NCBI GenBank assembly: GCA_963783305.1
Contig: CAWAMW010000015.1
Coordinates: 96,001-160,000, forward strand
Source of the DNA: an uncultured Gemmatimonadales bacterium
Lineage (GTDB): Bacteria; Gemmatimonadota; Gemmatimonadetes; Longimicrobiales; RSA9
Direction of reading: 5' to 3'
Length of the DNA: 64,000 nucleotides
Below are positions 49,556 through 59,608 of the stretch, piece by piece; the first letter of the stretch is position 1; every line of letters starts with the position of its first letter. Made by a program: the position numbers and the translations under genes. The notes under the pieces are model-generated. The model was not told the DNA's origin and searched no databases. It worked only from the letters and a program-made list of their open reading frames with translations.

Positions 49556-50218
49556 ATGATGCCGAAGACCATCAAGATCCTACTTGCCGATGATCACGGA
49601 GTCCTGCGTGCGGGGCTGCGGGCACTCCTCGATGCCGAGCCCGACCTGGAAGTGGTGGGCGAGGCGGACACGGGGGAGGACGCCATCAAGCAGGTGAAGG
49701 AACTCAAGCCCGATATCGTGGTGATGGACCTGTCGATGCCAGGCATGGGCGGGATGGAGGCCACGCGTCGCATCGCCGCCATGGACGATGGCACGAAGGT
49801 CCTCGTTCTCACCATGCACGCGGAAGAGGAGTTCCTGCTCCCGGTCCTGGACGCCGGCGGTAACGGCTTCGTCCGGAAGACGAGCGCAGACGAGGACCTC
49901 ACGCACGCGATCCGGACCGTGGCGCGCGACGAGGTCTTCCTCTATCCGAGCGCCGCCAAGCTCCTGCTGGAGCGCTACAAGGATGCCGACGCCGACGAGA
50001 TGCGTGGCCCCCTGAGCAAGCTCACCGAGCGGGAGCGCGATGTGCTCGCCATGACGGCGGAGGGCTTCAGCTCCAGCGAGATCGGCGAAAAGCTGTTCAT
50101 CAGCCCCAAGACCGTGGACACGTACCGGAGTCGCATCATGGACAAGCTCCAGCTCAGGCACCGCTCGGAGCTGGTCCGGTTCGCGCTCCAGACGGGACTG
50201 CTCAGGGCCGAGCAGTAG
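49556..50218 (+). CDS. NarL/LuxR family response regulator
   Basis: LADDH, MDLSMP, LTERE...ISPKTVDTYR. Confidence 0.95.
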   Translation: MMPKTIKILLADDHGVLRAGLRALLDAEPDLEVVGEADTGEDAIKQVKELKPDIVVMDLSMPGMGGMEATRRIAAMDDGTKVLVLTMHAEEEFLLPVLDAGGNGFVRKTSADEDLTHAIRTVARDEVFLYPSAAKLLLERYKDADADEMRGPLSKLTERERDVLAMTAEGFSSSEIGEKLFISPKTVDTYRSRIMDKLQLRHRSELVRFALQTGLLRAEQ

Positions 50219-50237
50219 CGCGCTTCGGCGGTCCGCC

Positions 50238-51356
50238 TCAGGTCCGCCGAAAGACCTTGTCCAGGATCGGAGATCCGGGACCGCGCGCCGGCACCGCGGC
50301 CCGGACCACGGTGCCGCGTCCCGGCTCACTGGTCACCTCTACGCGCCCGCCCACGTACTCCGCCCGTTCCCGCATACCGAACAGGCCGAGGCCGTGCTCC
50401 CCGTCCTCGGCCTCCAGCAGCCGGCTCACGTCGAAGCCCACCCCGTCATCTCGAACGGTGGCCACCACGACTCCTTCGCACAGCTCCACCTCCACGGCAA
50501 TGCTGCGCGCCCGGCTGTGGCGCATGGCGTTCGTGATCCCCTCCTGAACGATCCGGTACATTGCGAGCTCCACCTCCGGCGCGTCCAGCCGGCCCACCCC
50601 CTCCACCTGCACGGACACCGGCATGGTGGAGGACTCCGATACGTGCCGGACGTGCGACTCGATGGCCGGGCCCAGCCCCAGCTCATCGAGCGCGGGCGGC
50701 CGCAGCCCCTGCGCGTAGCGGCGCAGGCCATCCGCCGCCTCCGCCAGCTCGCGCCGAACCTCCTCCAGCACCGCGTCCTTGGCCTCCGCATCCGTGAGGC
50801 TGCGGGCCAGCCGCAGTCGCATCAGGATCGCCGCAAGTCGCTGCGACGCATCATCGTGCAGCTCCAGCGAGATTCGGCGACGCTCCTCCTCGGCCGCGTT
50901 CAGCGCCCGCGCCGCCACTTCCCGGAGCCGCCGCCGATACTCCAGCAGGCGGTCCAGCATCGCGTTGGTGGCGGCTGTAAGACCCTGCATCTCGTTATCC
51001 GCCAGCGGCGACATGGGCACCCGGGCGTCCATGTTCCCTTCCTGCACCTCGTCCGCCGTCCGCTTCAGCAGACGCAGCGGCTCCAGCGCCACCTGGATGA
51101 TCACTGCGTTCACCGCCACACTCACCGCCGCACCGGCCACCGCCACCACGAGGATCGGGAACACCGGCGCCGTCGTCCCCGAGAGCCGCACGGCCAGCCA
51201 CGTGGCCGTCAGGGAGAAGAGCAGCACGATGAGCGCGTTGGCCACCAGGATCTTGTAGAAGAGCGGCACGGCAAGCAGATGCGCGGCGAGCCCCGATGGG
51301 GCCGCGACGTCAGAAGGGTCAGAGCCCGTCCCGGCGTTTGGATTCGGCGCGTTCAT
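50238..51356 (-). CDS. HAMP/HisKA_3 (NarX/UhpB-type) membrane histidine kinase
   Basis: 2 TM helices, HAMP, ERRRISLELHD, LRPPALDELG, QEGITNAMRH, DDGVG, GLFGMRER. Confidence 0.93.
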   Translation of the reverse strand: MNAPNPNAGTGSDPSDVAAPSGLAAHLLAVPLFYKILVANALIVLLFSLTATWLAVRLSGTTAPVFPILVVAVAGAAVSVAVNAVIIQVALEPLRLLKRTADEVQEGNMDARVPMSPLADNEMQGLTAATNAMLDRLLEYRRRLREVAARALNAAEEERRRISLELHDDASQRLAAILMRLRLARSLTDAEAKDAVLEEVRRELAEAADGLRRYAQGLRPPALDELGLGPAIESHVRHVSESSTMPVSVQVEGVGRLDAPEVELAMYRIVQEGITNAMRHSRARSIAVEVELCEGVVVATVRDDGVGFDVSRLLEAEDGEHGLGLFGMRERAEYVGGRVEVTSEPGRGTVVRAAVPARGPGSPILDKVFRRT

Positions 51357-51455
51357 GGCTACAAGCTACCACGAGGTGAGGAATGGAGCAGTCAGGATGC
51401 TGCCGACCGGCGCCGTGGGGTGATGCCCCGCAGGGGACCCCCATCGGGAGAGGCC

Positions 51456-53213
51456 TCAGCCGCCGTCGATGCCGCCCCTGGCCCCACCATCTTCCCCCGT
51501 GTGCTCCGCGGCCGATCGCTCGAAGACCACCTCGCCTCCGAGTACGGTGAGGTCGACCCGTGCGTCGCGAACCTCACCCTCCGGGATCTCGAGGATGTCG
51601 CGGGAAAGCACGACCAGATCGGCCAGCTTGCCCGGCGTGATCGTGCCCTTGCTCTCTTCTTCGAAGCCGGCAATGGCGTTGTTCAGCGTGTAGGACTGGA
51701 GCGCCTGCTCCCGTGTCAGCCGCTGGTCGGGATCAAAGCGTCCGCCGTCCGGCAGCGCCCTGGAGATGGCGGCCCAGTAGCTGGCGATCGGGTCCACGTC
51801 CTCTACGGGCGCGTCGGTGCCGTTTGCCACGATCACACCCTGCTGCCAGAGGTCCTGCCAGCGGTACGCTCCCTCCCGCGCGCGCTCCTCACCAAGCCGC
51901 TTCGGCACCCATGGCGCGTCGGAGGTGGCGTGCACGGTCTGCATGGCGGCGATCACGCCGAGCTCCGCGAACCGGTCCAGGTCGGACGGGTGAAGGTGCT
52001 GTGCATGCTCGATCCGCCACCGCGGGTCCTCCCTCTCCGGGTGGGCCCGGAACGCCGCTTCATAGATGTCCAGGACCTCCCGATTGGCCCGGTCTCCGAT
52101 GGCATGGGTGGCGAGCTGGTAATCGTGCTCCATGGCCAGCTCCGCGGTGCGGGTGACCTCGGCCACGGGCTCCAGCACCAGCCCGGTGCTGGATGGCATG
52201 TCCGTGTAGGGCTCGAGCAGCCACGCCCCATGGGAGCCGAGGGCGCCATCGATCTGCTTCTTGATGGTCCGGACCGTCAGCCGATCGTTCCCGACGCCGA
52301 CCATGCGGTACGCGTCCAGCTTCTCGGCGAGCTCCTCGTTCGGCGCACGGACCATGACATAGAGGCGGACGGGCAGCGCCCCGGCCTCCGCCAGCCGACG
52401 ATAGCCGTCGATAGTGGAGAACCCGACACCGGCGTCGTGGAACGTGGTCACCCCTTTCGAGACCAGCTCCCGCCCGGCCAGCTCCACGACCCGGTCGAAC
52501 TGCGCACGTCGCGCCTCCGGCGAGCGCTCCGCCTCGTCACGCGCGTACGCCCGATCCACTGGCTCCGTCGCGTTCTCCCGGAGCAGTCCAGTGGGCTCGC
52601 CCTCCGCGTCCCGCACCACCTCGCCCCCCTCCGGCGGCGTGTAGCCGGCATCGATTCCAGCCAGCTCCAGCGCTCGCGCGTTGACGAAGGCCGCGTGACC
52701 ACTGGCGTGGGTCAGCACGACCGGGTTGTCCGGCGATACAGCGCTCAGCGACTGATGCGTCGGCACCCCTTCCACCGAGCCCTCGGGCACCCGGTCCCAT
52801 TTCTCCTGGTGCCAGCCACGGCCGAGGATCCACTCGCCCGGCGCCGCCGTCGCCGCCGCCTCTGCGACCAGGCCAACGATCTCGTCCCAGCCGCGCACCG
52901 CCGTCAGATCCAGGTTCAGCTGCGCGGCCCCGACCCCCATGAAGTGGCCGTGCCCCTCGATGAAACCGGGCACGACCAGCCGCCCCTCCAGCTCGATGAC
53001 GTGGGTGCCGGGGCCGATGTGGTCCGCGACGTCCTCGTTCGAGCCCACCGCGATGATCCGATCCCCCCTCACGGCCACCGCCTGTCCCTCCGGCACCGCC
53101 GGGTCCACAGTGACCACGCGGCCGCCCCGGAGCACCAGGTCCGCCTCCGGGTCCTGCGCACCCGCGCCGCAGCCCGTCAACGCCAGTAGCATCAATGCAG
53201 CAATCCGTTTCAT
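51456..53213 (-). CDS. Amidohydrolase 3 family (YtcJ-like) lipoprotein
   Basis: LTGC lipobox; PGFIEGHGH, DGALGS, HAIGD, RIEHAQ, GTDAP. Confidence 0.92.
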   Translation of the reverse strand: MKRIAALMLLALTGCGAGAQDPEADLVLRGGRVVTVDPAVPEGQAVAVRGDRIIAVGSNEDVADHIGPGTHVIELEGRLVVPGFIEGHGHFMGVGAAQLNLDLTAVRGWDEIVGLVAEAAATAAPGEWILGRGWHQEKWDRVPEGSVEGVPTHQSLSAVSPDNPVVLTHASGHAAFVNARALELAGIDAGYTPPEGGEVVRDAEGEPTGLLRENATEPVDRAYARDEAERSPEARRAQFDRVVELAGRELVSKGVTTFHDAGVGFSTIDGYRRLAEAGALPVRLYVMVRAPNEELAEKLDAYRMVGVGNDRLTVRTIKKQIDGALGSHGAWLLEPYTDMPSSTGLVLEPVAEVTRTAELAMEHDYQLATHAIGDRANREVLDIYEAAFRAHPEREDPRWRIEHAQHLHPSDLDRFAELGVIAAMQTVHATSDAPWVPKRLGEERAREGAYRWQDLWQQGVIVANGTDAPVEDVDPIASYWAAISRALPDGGRFDPDQRLTREQALQSYTLNNAIAGFEEESKGTITPGKLADLVVLSRDILEIPEGEVRDARVDLTVLGGEVVFERSAAEHTGEDGGARGGIDGG

Positions 53214-53233
53214 TTGGTCCGCCGGTTCCGTGT

Positions 53234-53809
53234 TCAGATGAGCTCGAAGACGCCCAGCACTCCGAGCGCGACCATGGTGTTGAAGATCATGTTTCCCGCC
53301 AGCGCCGCCACGAAGATACCCGCCACCGGGAACCGCAGGAACGCCATGGGCAGAACGAGGAGCTCGTTCGGCAGGGGCGCGAACCCGGCATAGAGGAACA
53401 TGACCACGAAAGGCAGCGTCGGGTGCCGATCCCGGAGCGATTCCAGTCGTCGGACGATCCCGCCCTCCGGAAGCTCGACGACGCCGCGCGCGGTCCTGCC
53501 CACAAGGTAGCCCGCCAGGTCCCCTGTCGTCATCCCGACCGCGATCAACATCACCGTGGGAACCGCAGCCATCCCTATCTCCATGAAGAAGGGGAAGAAC
53601 GCGATCACGGGGATCGGCACGAGCAGGTTGAACCCGCTGAGCGCCGCCCCCACGAAGATTCCCGGGTACCCGAAGCGCTGCGCGGCCTCGCGCACCATGT
53701 CGTGCCCGGACGCGTACAGATTGGCCCAGACCACCACCGCGAGGAGGCCGCCGATGAGCAGGAGCCGGAGAGCGAATCGCGATCCAGCCCGTTGGAACGC
53801 CGCCGTCAC
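53234..53809 (-). CDS. VTT/DedA-like membrane protein
   Basis: PIP re-entrant motif, GDLAGYLVGR, PLPNE; start GTG 53809. Confidence 0.7.
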   Translation of the reverse strand: MTAAFQRAGSRFALRLLLIGGLLAVVVWANLYASGHDMVREAAQRFGYPGIFVGAALSGFNLLVPIPVIAFFPFFMEIGMAAVPTVMLIAVGMTTGDLAGYLVGRTARGVVELPEGGIVRRLESLRDRHPTLPFVVMFLYAGFAPLPNELLVLPMAFLRFPVAGIFVAALAGNMIFNTMVALGVLGVFELI

Positions 53810-53813
53810 CGAC

Positions 53814-56357
53814 TCAGGGGAGCGTCCAGGTGGCCCCCAGGCTGGCATTGGCGTCGCCGGCCGGGAGGGGTCGGGCCAGCAGGTACCCCTGCGCGGACGC
53901 GCATCCGAGCGCACGAACGGCCCGGAACTGATCCTCGGTCTCCACACCCTCCGCTACCACGTCCATCCCCAGCTCGTCGGCCAGCGCCACGATGGTGCGC
54001 ACGATCTCGCTGTTCTCGCAGTTCGGGCCGATGTCGGCGATGAACGAGCTGTCGATCTTCAGCGTGTCGGCGGCGAACCGCTGGAGGTAGCTCAAGGACG
54101 AGTAGCCCATGCCGAAATCGTCGATCATGAGAGAGACACCCAGCTCCCGCAGCCGCGCCAGCGTGAGCGACGTGGCTTCCGCGTGCTGCATGACCACGTT
54201 CTCGGTCAGCTCCAGCCGGAGCGCCGACGGCTCCACCCCTACTTCGTCGATGATATCCCGGATTCGGTCCGCCAGGTCCGGCTGCGACAGCTGCGTGGCC
54301 GACAGGTTCACCGCGACATACGGACCCTGCCGCTCCGCATCCCACCAGAGCCGCGCCTGTTCCGCCGCCTGCCTCAGCGTCCACCAGCCCATCGGCACGA
54401 TCAGCCCCGTCTCCTCCGCCACCGACAGGAACTCCGACGGGGGAAGGAGACCGCGCTGCGGATGCTGCCAGCGGATCAGCGACTCGTACCCCAGCAGAAC
54501 GCCCGTACGCAGGGAGACGATGGGCTGATAATGCAGCTGGAACTCCTCCTGGTCCACCGCCCGCCGCAGGCTCGTCTCCAGTTCCAGCACCGCCATCGCC
54601 TGGTCGTGCATGGTACGGTCGAAGACCTCCGTCCTCGCACGCCCGCCGTCCTTCGCCCGATACATGGCGATGTCCGCGTCCCGCAGCATCTCCTCCGCCC
54701 GCCGGTACCGGTCCGCGCTCACGGCGATTCCGATGCTCACCGTCACGTAGACCGCCCGCCGCGCCACCTCGAATGACCGCGTCATGGACTCGTGGATCCG
54801 CTCCGCCACATGCTCGGCCTCGCGCGGCTCACCGCTGCCGTCCAGGAGCACCGCGAACTCGTCCCCGCCCACCCGCGCCACCGTGTCCGCCGGCCGGAGA
54901 CAGCTTTCGACCCGGCGGCCCAGCTCCACCAGGAGCTGGTCGCCCACACCGTGACCCAGGCTGTCGTTCACCACCTTGAACCGGTCCGCGTCCAGGAAGA
55001 GCACGGTGAACCCCGGCGTGCCCTCACGTCTGCCGCGCTTCACCAGCTGCCGCAGACGATCCATGAAGAGCGCGCGGTTGGGCAGCCCGGTGAGACGGTC
55101 GTGGAAGGCGTCGTAGAGCAGCCGCTCCTCCACCTCCTTCCGCTGCGTCACGTCCCGCGCGTTCACCACCACGCCCCCCACCGCCGGGTCATCCAGCAGG
55201 TTGTTGCCCACCGCCTCCAGCGTGCGCCAGCTCCCATCACGATGGCGGAACCGCAGCTCCACCGTCTCCGTCACGCCCGCCAGCCCGCTCGACCGGCGGA
55301 AGATGCCCTTCACATGAGGGATCTCGTCCGGATGCAGGTAGTCGAAGACCGATTTCCCCACCAGCTCCTCCGGAACGTACCCCAGCACCCGCTCCACCGC
55401 CGGGCTCTCGTACGTGATGGTGCCATCGCCCGCCAGGATCGTAATGGTGTCCAGCGCGTTCTCGATCAGCGAACGGTAGTACTGCTCGCTCTGGCGCAAC
55501 GCCTCCGTCGAGCGTTTCCGCTCCGTCACATCCTCGATGATCCCCTCGTATCCGATCACCTGACCTTCGGGACCGCGCCGGGCCGTCGCCGTCACCAGGC
55601 ATTCCAGCCGCCGCGAGTGCGAGTCCACCAGCTGCACTTCGTAGTTTCGGACCGACCCCTTCTCCTCTACCACCGCCTGGAACCGCTCCCGGCTGCTCCG
55701 GTCCCCATACAGCGCGCCCGCGCTCAGGCGGAGGAGCTCCCGCCGGGTGAAACCGAACAGGTCCAGCATCGAGCGGTTCACATCAACGAAATCGCCCTCG
55801 CGCGTGGTGATGTACAGCGCGTGGCGCGACTCCTCGAACAGACGCCGGTACCGGCGCTCGCTCGAGATCAGCGCCTGCTGCATGCGCTTCTGCTCCGTCA
55901 CATCCCGGAACGTCCACACACGACCCACCACCCGCTCCGCAAGCCGCTGCGGGCGCGAGTACCGCTCCACCACACGCCCGTCGCGGAACGAGAGCACGTC
56001 ATAGCCCGTACGCGTCGGATCGTCGTACAGCGAATTCACCCGGTCCAGGAAGGAGTCCGGGTCTTCCAGCTTCTCCAGCACGAAGTCCAGCAAACCCTGG
56101 TCGTCCGCCGCCCCGATCAGCACGTCCGGAATATCCCAGATCTCCGCGAACCGCCGGTTGTGACTCACAACGCAGCCGGTCCCATCGACCACCAGGATCC
56201 CGTCCGTAGTGGAGTCGAGGGTCGCCTGGAGCAGGGAGATAGAGCGCTCCAGGCGCTCCTCCACGTTGCGAAGGTGCGCCCTGTGGGCGGACCCTGGGAC
56301 ACGATCCCCCGGATCGGCACCATCTTCCGTCAACGCCGCGTTGATCGGCTCTCTCAT
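53814..56357 (-). CDS. Three-PAS GGDEF-EAL diguanylate cyclase/phosphodiesterase
   Basis: Three PAS domains, HDRLTGLPNR, GGDEF, YESLIRW, DDFGMGYSS, AEGVE; start MREPIN. Confidence 0.93.
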   Translation of the reverse strand: MREPINAALTEDGADPGDRVPGSAHRAHLRNVEERLERSISLLQATLDSTTDGILVVDGTGCVVSHNRRFAEIWDIPDVLIGAADDQGLLDFVLEKLEDPDSFLDRVNSLYDDPTRTGYDVLSFRDGRVVERYSRPQRLAERVVGRVWTFRDVTEQKRMQQALISSERRYRRLFEESRHALYITTREGDFVDVNRSMLDLFGFTRRELLRLSAGALYGDRSSRERFQAVVEEKGSVRNYEVQLVDSHSRRLECLVTATARRGPEGQVIGYEGIIEDVTERKRSTEALRQSEQYYRSLIENALDTITILAGDGTITYESPAVERVLGYVPEELVGKSVFDYLHPDEIPHVKGIFRRSSGLAGVTETVELRFRHRDGSWRTLEAVGNNLLDDPAVGGVVVNARDVTQRKEVEERLLYDAFHDRLTGLPNRALFMDRLRQLVKRGRREGTPGFTVLFLDADRFKVVNDSLGHGVGDQLLVELGRRVESCLRPADTVARVGGDEFAVLLDGSGEPREAEHVAERIHESMTRSFEVARRAVYVTVSIGIAVSADRYRRAEEMLRDADIAMYRAKDGGRARTEVFDRTMHDQAMAVLELETSLRRAVDQEEFQLHYQPIVSLRTGVLLGYESLIRWQHPQRGLLPPSEFLSVAEETGLIVPMGWWTLRQAAEQARLWWDAERQGPYVAVNLSATQLSQPDLADRIRDIIDEVGVEPSALRLELTENVVMQHAEATSLTLARLRELGVSLMIDDFGMGYSSLSYLQRFAADTLKIDSSFIADIGPNCENSEIVRTIVALADELGMDVVAEGVETEDQFRAVRALGCASAQGYLLARPLPAGDANASLGATWTLP

Positions 56358-56477
56358 CACCGGGTCGTCTGGTGGTTCGGGATCACAACGGGTGGGAACG
56401 CGAGGAACCGTAACCGCAAGGCCGGCATGCCGCAAGGAGTCTGCATGGCGGTACGCGCCGTGCACACGGAGGAGGCG

Positions 56478-57245
56478 ATGACACGGGACCGAACGCGGAC
56501 ACGGCTGGATGGGTTTCGGCTCCACGCCTTGCACGAGGGGGAGGGAGAGCCGTTGGTCCTCCTGCACGGGCTCTCCGGCTCGTGGCGCTGGTGGCGCTTC
56601 AACGTGCCCCGGCTCAGTCAGGACTACCGCGTCCACGTGCCGGAGATGATCGGATTCGGAGAGAGCCGTGGCGCGGTGCGGCACCCCACGCTGCCGGAGA
56701 TGGCCGGGCTCCTCGTCCGGTGGCTCGATGCCATGGATCTGGAGCGGACTCACTTCGTGGGCCACTCCATGGGAGCCCAGGTGGCGGTGCACCTGGCGGC
56801 CCGGTGGCCGGACCGTCTCAACCGCCTGGTACTGAGTGATGCCGCGGGGATCCCCCACTCCCTCTCCTCCACCCACCTGATGGAGATGGCCCGTGAGCTG
56901 GTGTGGCCGAGAGCCTGGGGTCGGCCGGGCTTTCTACCGACCATCGCGGCTGATGCGGTGCGCACCGGTCCGCGCACGCTCGTGAGCGCTTTGCGGGGCG
57001 TACTCGCCGACGACATCAGACCTCTGCTCCCGCGGATTTCCGCCCCCACCCTCCTCATCTGGGGTGAGCACGACCCGGTGACGCCGGTGGAGGACGGCGA
57101 GGCCATCGCGCGCCTGGTGCCGGGGGCGCGGCTGGTGCTTATCGACGGGGCCTCGCACAATCCCATGGCAGATCGGCCGGACCTCTTCAATCGGGAGCTC
57201 CTACGGTTCCTCGGTGCCGGCGCGGGAGCCGGCGCCGCGCCATGA
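56478..57245 (+). CDS. Alpha/beta hydrolase
   Basis: LLHG, GHSMG, GEHD, ASH; GGAGG RBS before ATG 56478. Confidence 0.9.
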   Translation: MTRDRTRTRLDGFRLHALHEGEGEPLVLLHGLSGSWRWWRFNVPRLSQDYRVHVPEMIGFGESRGAVRHPTLPEMAGLLVRWLDAMDLERTHFVGHSMGAQVAVHLAARWPDRLNRLVLSDAAGIPHSLSSTHLMEMARELVWPRAWGRPGFLPTIAADAVRTGPRTLVSALRGVLADDIRPLLPRISAPTLLIWGEHDPVTPVEDGEAIARLVPGARLVLIDGASHNPMADRPDLFNRELLRFLGAGAGAGAAP

Positions 57246-57362
57246 GCGCGAACGACTGCTGCCGGACGCGAAACTGGACCGGATCGACGAGGCGAGCCAC
57301 GCCGTCGCCCTCGATCCGGTCCAGCCGTTCATGGACCGCGTAATCCGGTTCCTTACCCGCCG

Positions 57363-58700
57363 CTACGGACGCGGCGTCAGGACCGACCGGTGAAACTCGT
57401 CCTGCATGACGCCGAAATTCCACGGCTCATCGGCACCATAGTGACAGTACGAACACATCCCCATGTGCGGTACGCGACCCAGGTCCGGTGGCGGAGGCGC
57501 CCTCCGTCCCGCCAGCCGGTACGCCGCCGCCGCTTGATCCACCGCGTCGCGCATCAGGCGATCGGACAGCTCCAGGTTGTGCTGCCCCCCCGCCGCAGCA
57601 ACGAGCCCCACCATCTCCCGGGCGCTCTCGATCAGCGTGCCCGTACTGTCGGAGTGGGCGCCTACCTCCGCCGCGGCCCGAGTCACGTAGGTGGTGCTCG
57701 CTGCGAGACGGCTCTTCGACCCTTCGATCCACCAGTCGAGGACCTGGGCATACTCCTGCCGGTGGCAGCCGGCGCACGCGGTTGCCTGCCCACGGATCGG
57801 CGTTTCCGGTACCGCGCCTGATACCGCCGGCGGGACGTGGCACGACCGGCACGTCATTCCAGCCACGAACTTCGTGCTCGGCATGGCGCCGCCATCCGGG
57901 CGGATCCCGAGAAGGAGCCGCTGCTGCGACGCGTGCACTCCCACGTGGCACTCGGCACACACGGTGCTCGTAGGCCACTCCGCGAGCTCGACGTCGACGT
58001 CGTGGGCCCGCTGATGGCAGTCCGCGCACACCAGCTCGACCGCCGAGCTCATGGCCTTCACCTCGTGCAGCCCCTCCTGGTGGCATGCCGTGCAGGTCAC
58101 GCCCTCGTGGATGGGGTGGAGGTCACGGCCCACCGCCCGCTGGTTCAGTACCGACAGGTCCTCATGGCACTCCCGGCACTGCAGCCCCGACACTTCCGTC
58201 TCCGCCCCCGCCACGTCATAGTGGCACCGAACGCAGCCGATCTCGATCCACGGCAGCTGCGAGTGGGACACCGCCACACCCTGACTCGTCAGGCTGGAGT
58301 GATCCGGCTCATCGTGGCACAGCCTGCATTCCTGCGCGTCCGCGCTGGTCACGTCGCTGACGTGGCACAGCGCGCAGGCCTCCACCGACGCTCGCAGCGG
58401 CTCCGTCCCCGCGTCGTGGGTATGGCACCCCGCGCATGTCGCCTTGATCTCGTGCCCCTCGGCGTGATCCCGGTGCGGGAACGTGACCGTCGCCACCTGG
58501 ACCTCGATCGGGCCGCCCGCCTCGTGGCAGCCCGACGCCGCGCACGAGCTCGCCGGGACGGTGGCCCTCCCGCGCTCACCCTGCGGACCGGAATGGCACG
58601 CGGCGCAGGCGAGGTCGGCGTGCGGGTCACCCGCGGTGTCCGGGGGCGCGCACGCCCCCAGGACGACCGCGAGGAGTGCGATCAGCAGAAGACGGCCCAT
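57363..58700 (-). CDS. Multiheme cytochrome c lipoprotein (12 CxxCH plus 1 CX4CH)
   Basis: Lipobox VLGAC; heme motifs counted directly; helical region with GQHN near the C-terminus. Confidence 0.9.
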   Translation of the reverse strand: MGRLLLIALLAVVLGACAPPDTAGDPHADLACAACHSGPQGERGRATVPASSCAASGCHEAGGPIEVQVATVTFPHRDHAEGHEIKATCAGCHTHDAGTEPLRASVEACALCHVSDVTSADAQECRLCHDEPDHSSLTSQGVAVSHSQLPWIEIGCVRCHYDVAGAETEVSGLQCRECHEDLSVLNQRAVGRDLHPIHEGVTCTACHQEGLHEVKAMSSAVELVCADCHQRAHDVDVELAEWPTSTVCAECHVGVHASQQRLLLGIRPDGGAMPSTKFVAGMTCRSCHVPPAVSGAVPETPIRGQATACAGCHRQEYAQVLDWWIEGSKSRLAASTTYVTRAAAEVGAHSDSTGTLIESAREMVGLVAAAGGQHNLELSDRLMRDAVDQAAAAYRLAGRRAPPPPDLGRVPHMGMCSYCHYGADEPWNFGVMQDEFHRSVLTPRP

Positions 58701-59608
58701 AGAATCATCCCGATGGTAGCGAGTCCAACGCCCCAGGCGGCGAAGCCGAACACCGCGGCGAACAGCGTTTCTCCCCGGGTCGGCGCGGGCGCCCTCCGGT
58801 CCTTGACAGGCTTTTTGGACACCGGCTCCGACGCCTTGGCGCGAATGGAGTCCATCACACCCGGGTGCTCCTCCTCCATGTACTCCTCGGTCGCGCGCCC
58901 GGTGAACATCACGGCGTCCAGCGGGAACTTGTCCGGGCGCAGGTGCACGTTGAAGAAATGGATCGTGAAGAGGAACGCCGCGGCCAGCATGGCCTCCACG
59001 CCGTGGAATACCGTGGCCACGTTGAACATCCACCCGGGCATCCACTGCCCGAAGAACTCGGGGAACCAGAGCATGGTCCCCGACCCCCCGATGACGAAGA
59101 AGCCCCAGACCTCGCCCAGGTAGTCCATCTTCTCCAGATAGCCGTAGCGGCCGAACTGCGGCGGGCGACCCCTGCCGAAGTAGTACTTCCACTGCTGGAT
59201 GAAGTCGCGGGCGTCATCCGGGTGCGGCACGAAGGAGTCGCTCCCCCACACCAGCTTCTTGCGGTCCTCGGCCCGAACGAACTTTACCACCATGTAGGCG
59301 ATATGCCAGAGTGTGTACAGCACCATGAAGGCCGCCGCTGATCGGTGGATCAGCCCGGCCCGCTCCACACCGCCCCAGAAGCTCATCAGCGGAGCCGCGA
59401 ACGGCGCGCACGAGAACCGCAACGGGATGCCCGTCAGGATGAGCGTGTAGAACGAGATGATGGCGAACGCGTGCGTGACGCGGTCGGCGGTGTTGAACCG
59501 CCAGATGAAGGGGCCTTTGCCCCGCTGCGCCGCGTCGAGCGGAACGCCCTGCGCCTCCGCGGCCGCTGTGCCGCCATCGGCTCCGACGCTGCCTCCCGTG
59601 TTACTCAC
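58682..59608 (-). CDS. Di-heme cytochrome b membrane subunit (FdnI/CbcL b-domain-like)
   Basis: RF...RVTH...LTGIPLRF, LIHR, FGRYGYLEKMDY, FHGVEAMLA...IHFFNVH; GTG start with GGAGG RBS. Confidence 0.9.
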   Translation of the reverse strand: MSNTGGSVGADGGTAAAEAQGVPLDAAQRGKGPFIWRFNTADRVTHAFAIISFYTLILTGIPLRFSCAPFAAPLMSFWGGVERAGLIHRSAAAFMVLYTLWHIAYMVVKFVRAEDRKKLVWGSDSFVPHPDDARDFIQQWKYYFGRGRPPQFGRYGYLEKMDYLGEVWGFFVIGGSGTMLWFPEFFGQWMPGWMFNVATVFHGVEAMLAAAFLFTIHFFNVHLRPDKFPLDAVMFTGRATEEYMEEEHPGVMDSIRAKASEPVSKKPVKDRRAPAPTRGETLFAAVFGFAAWGVGLATIGMILWAVFC

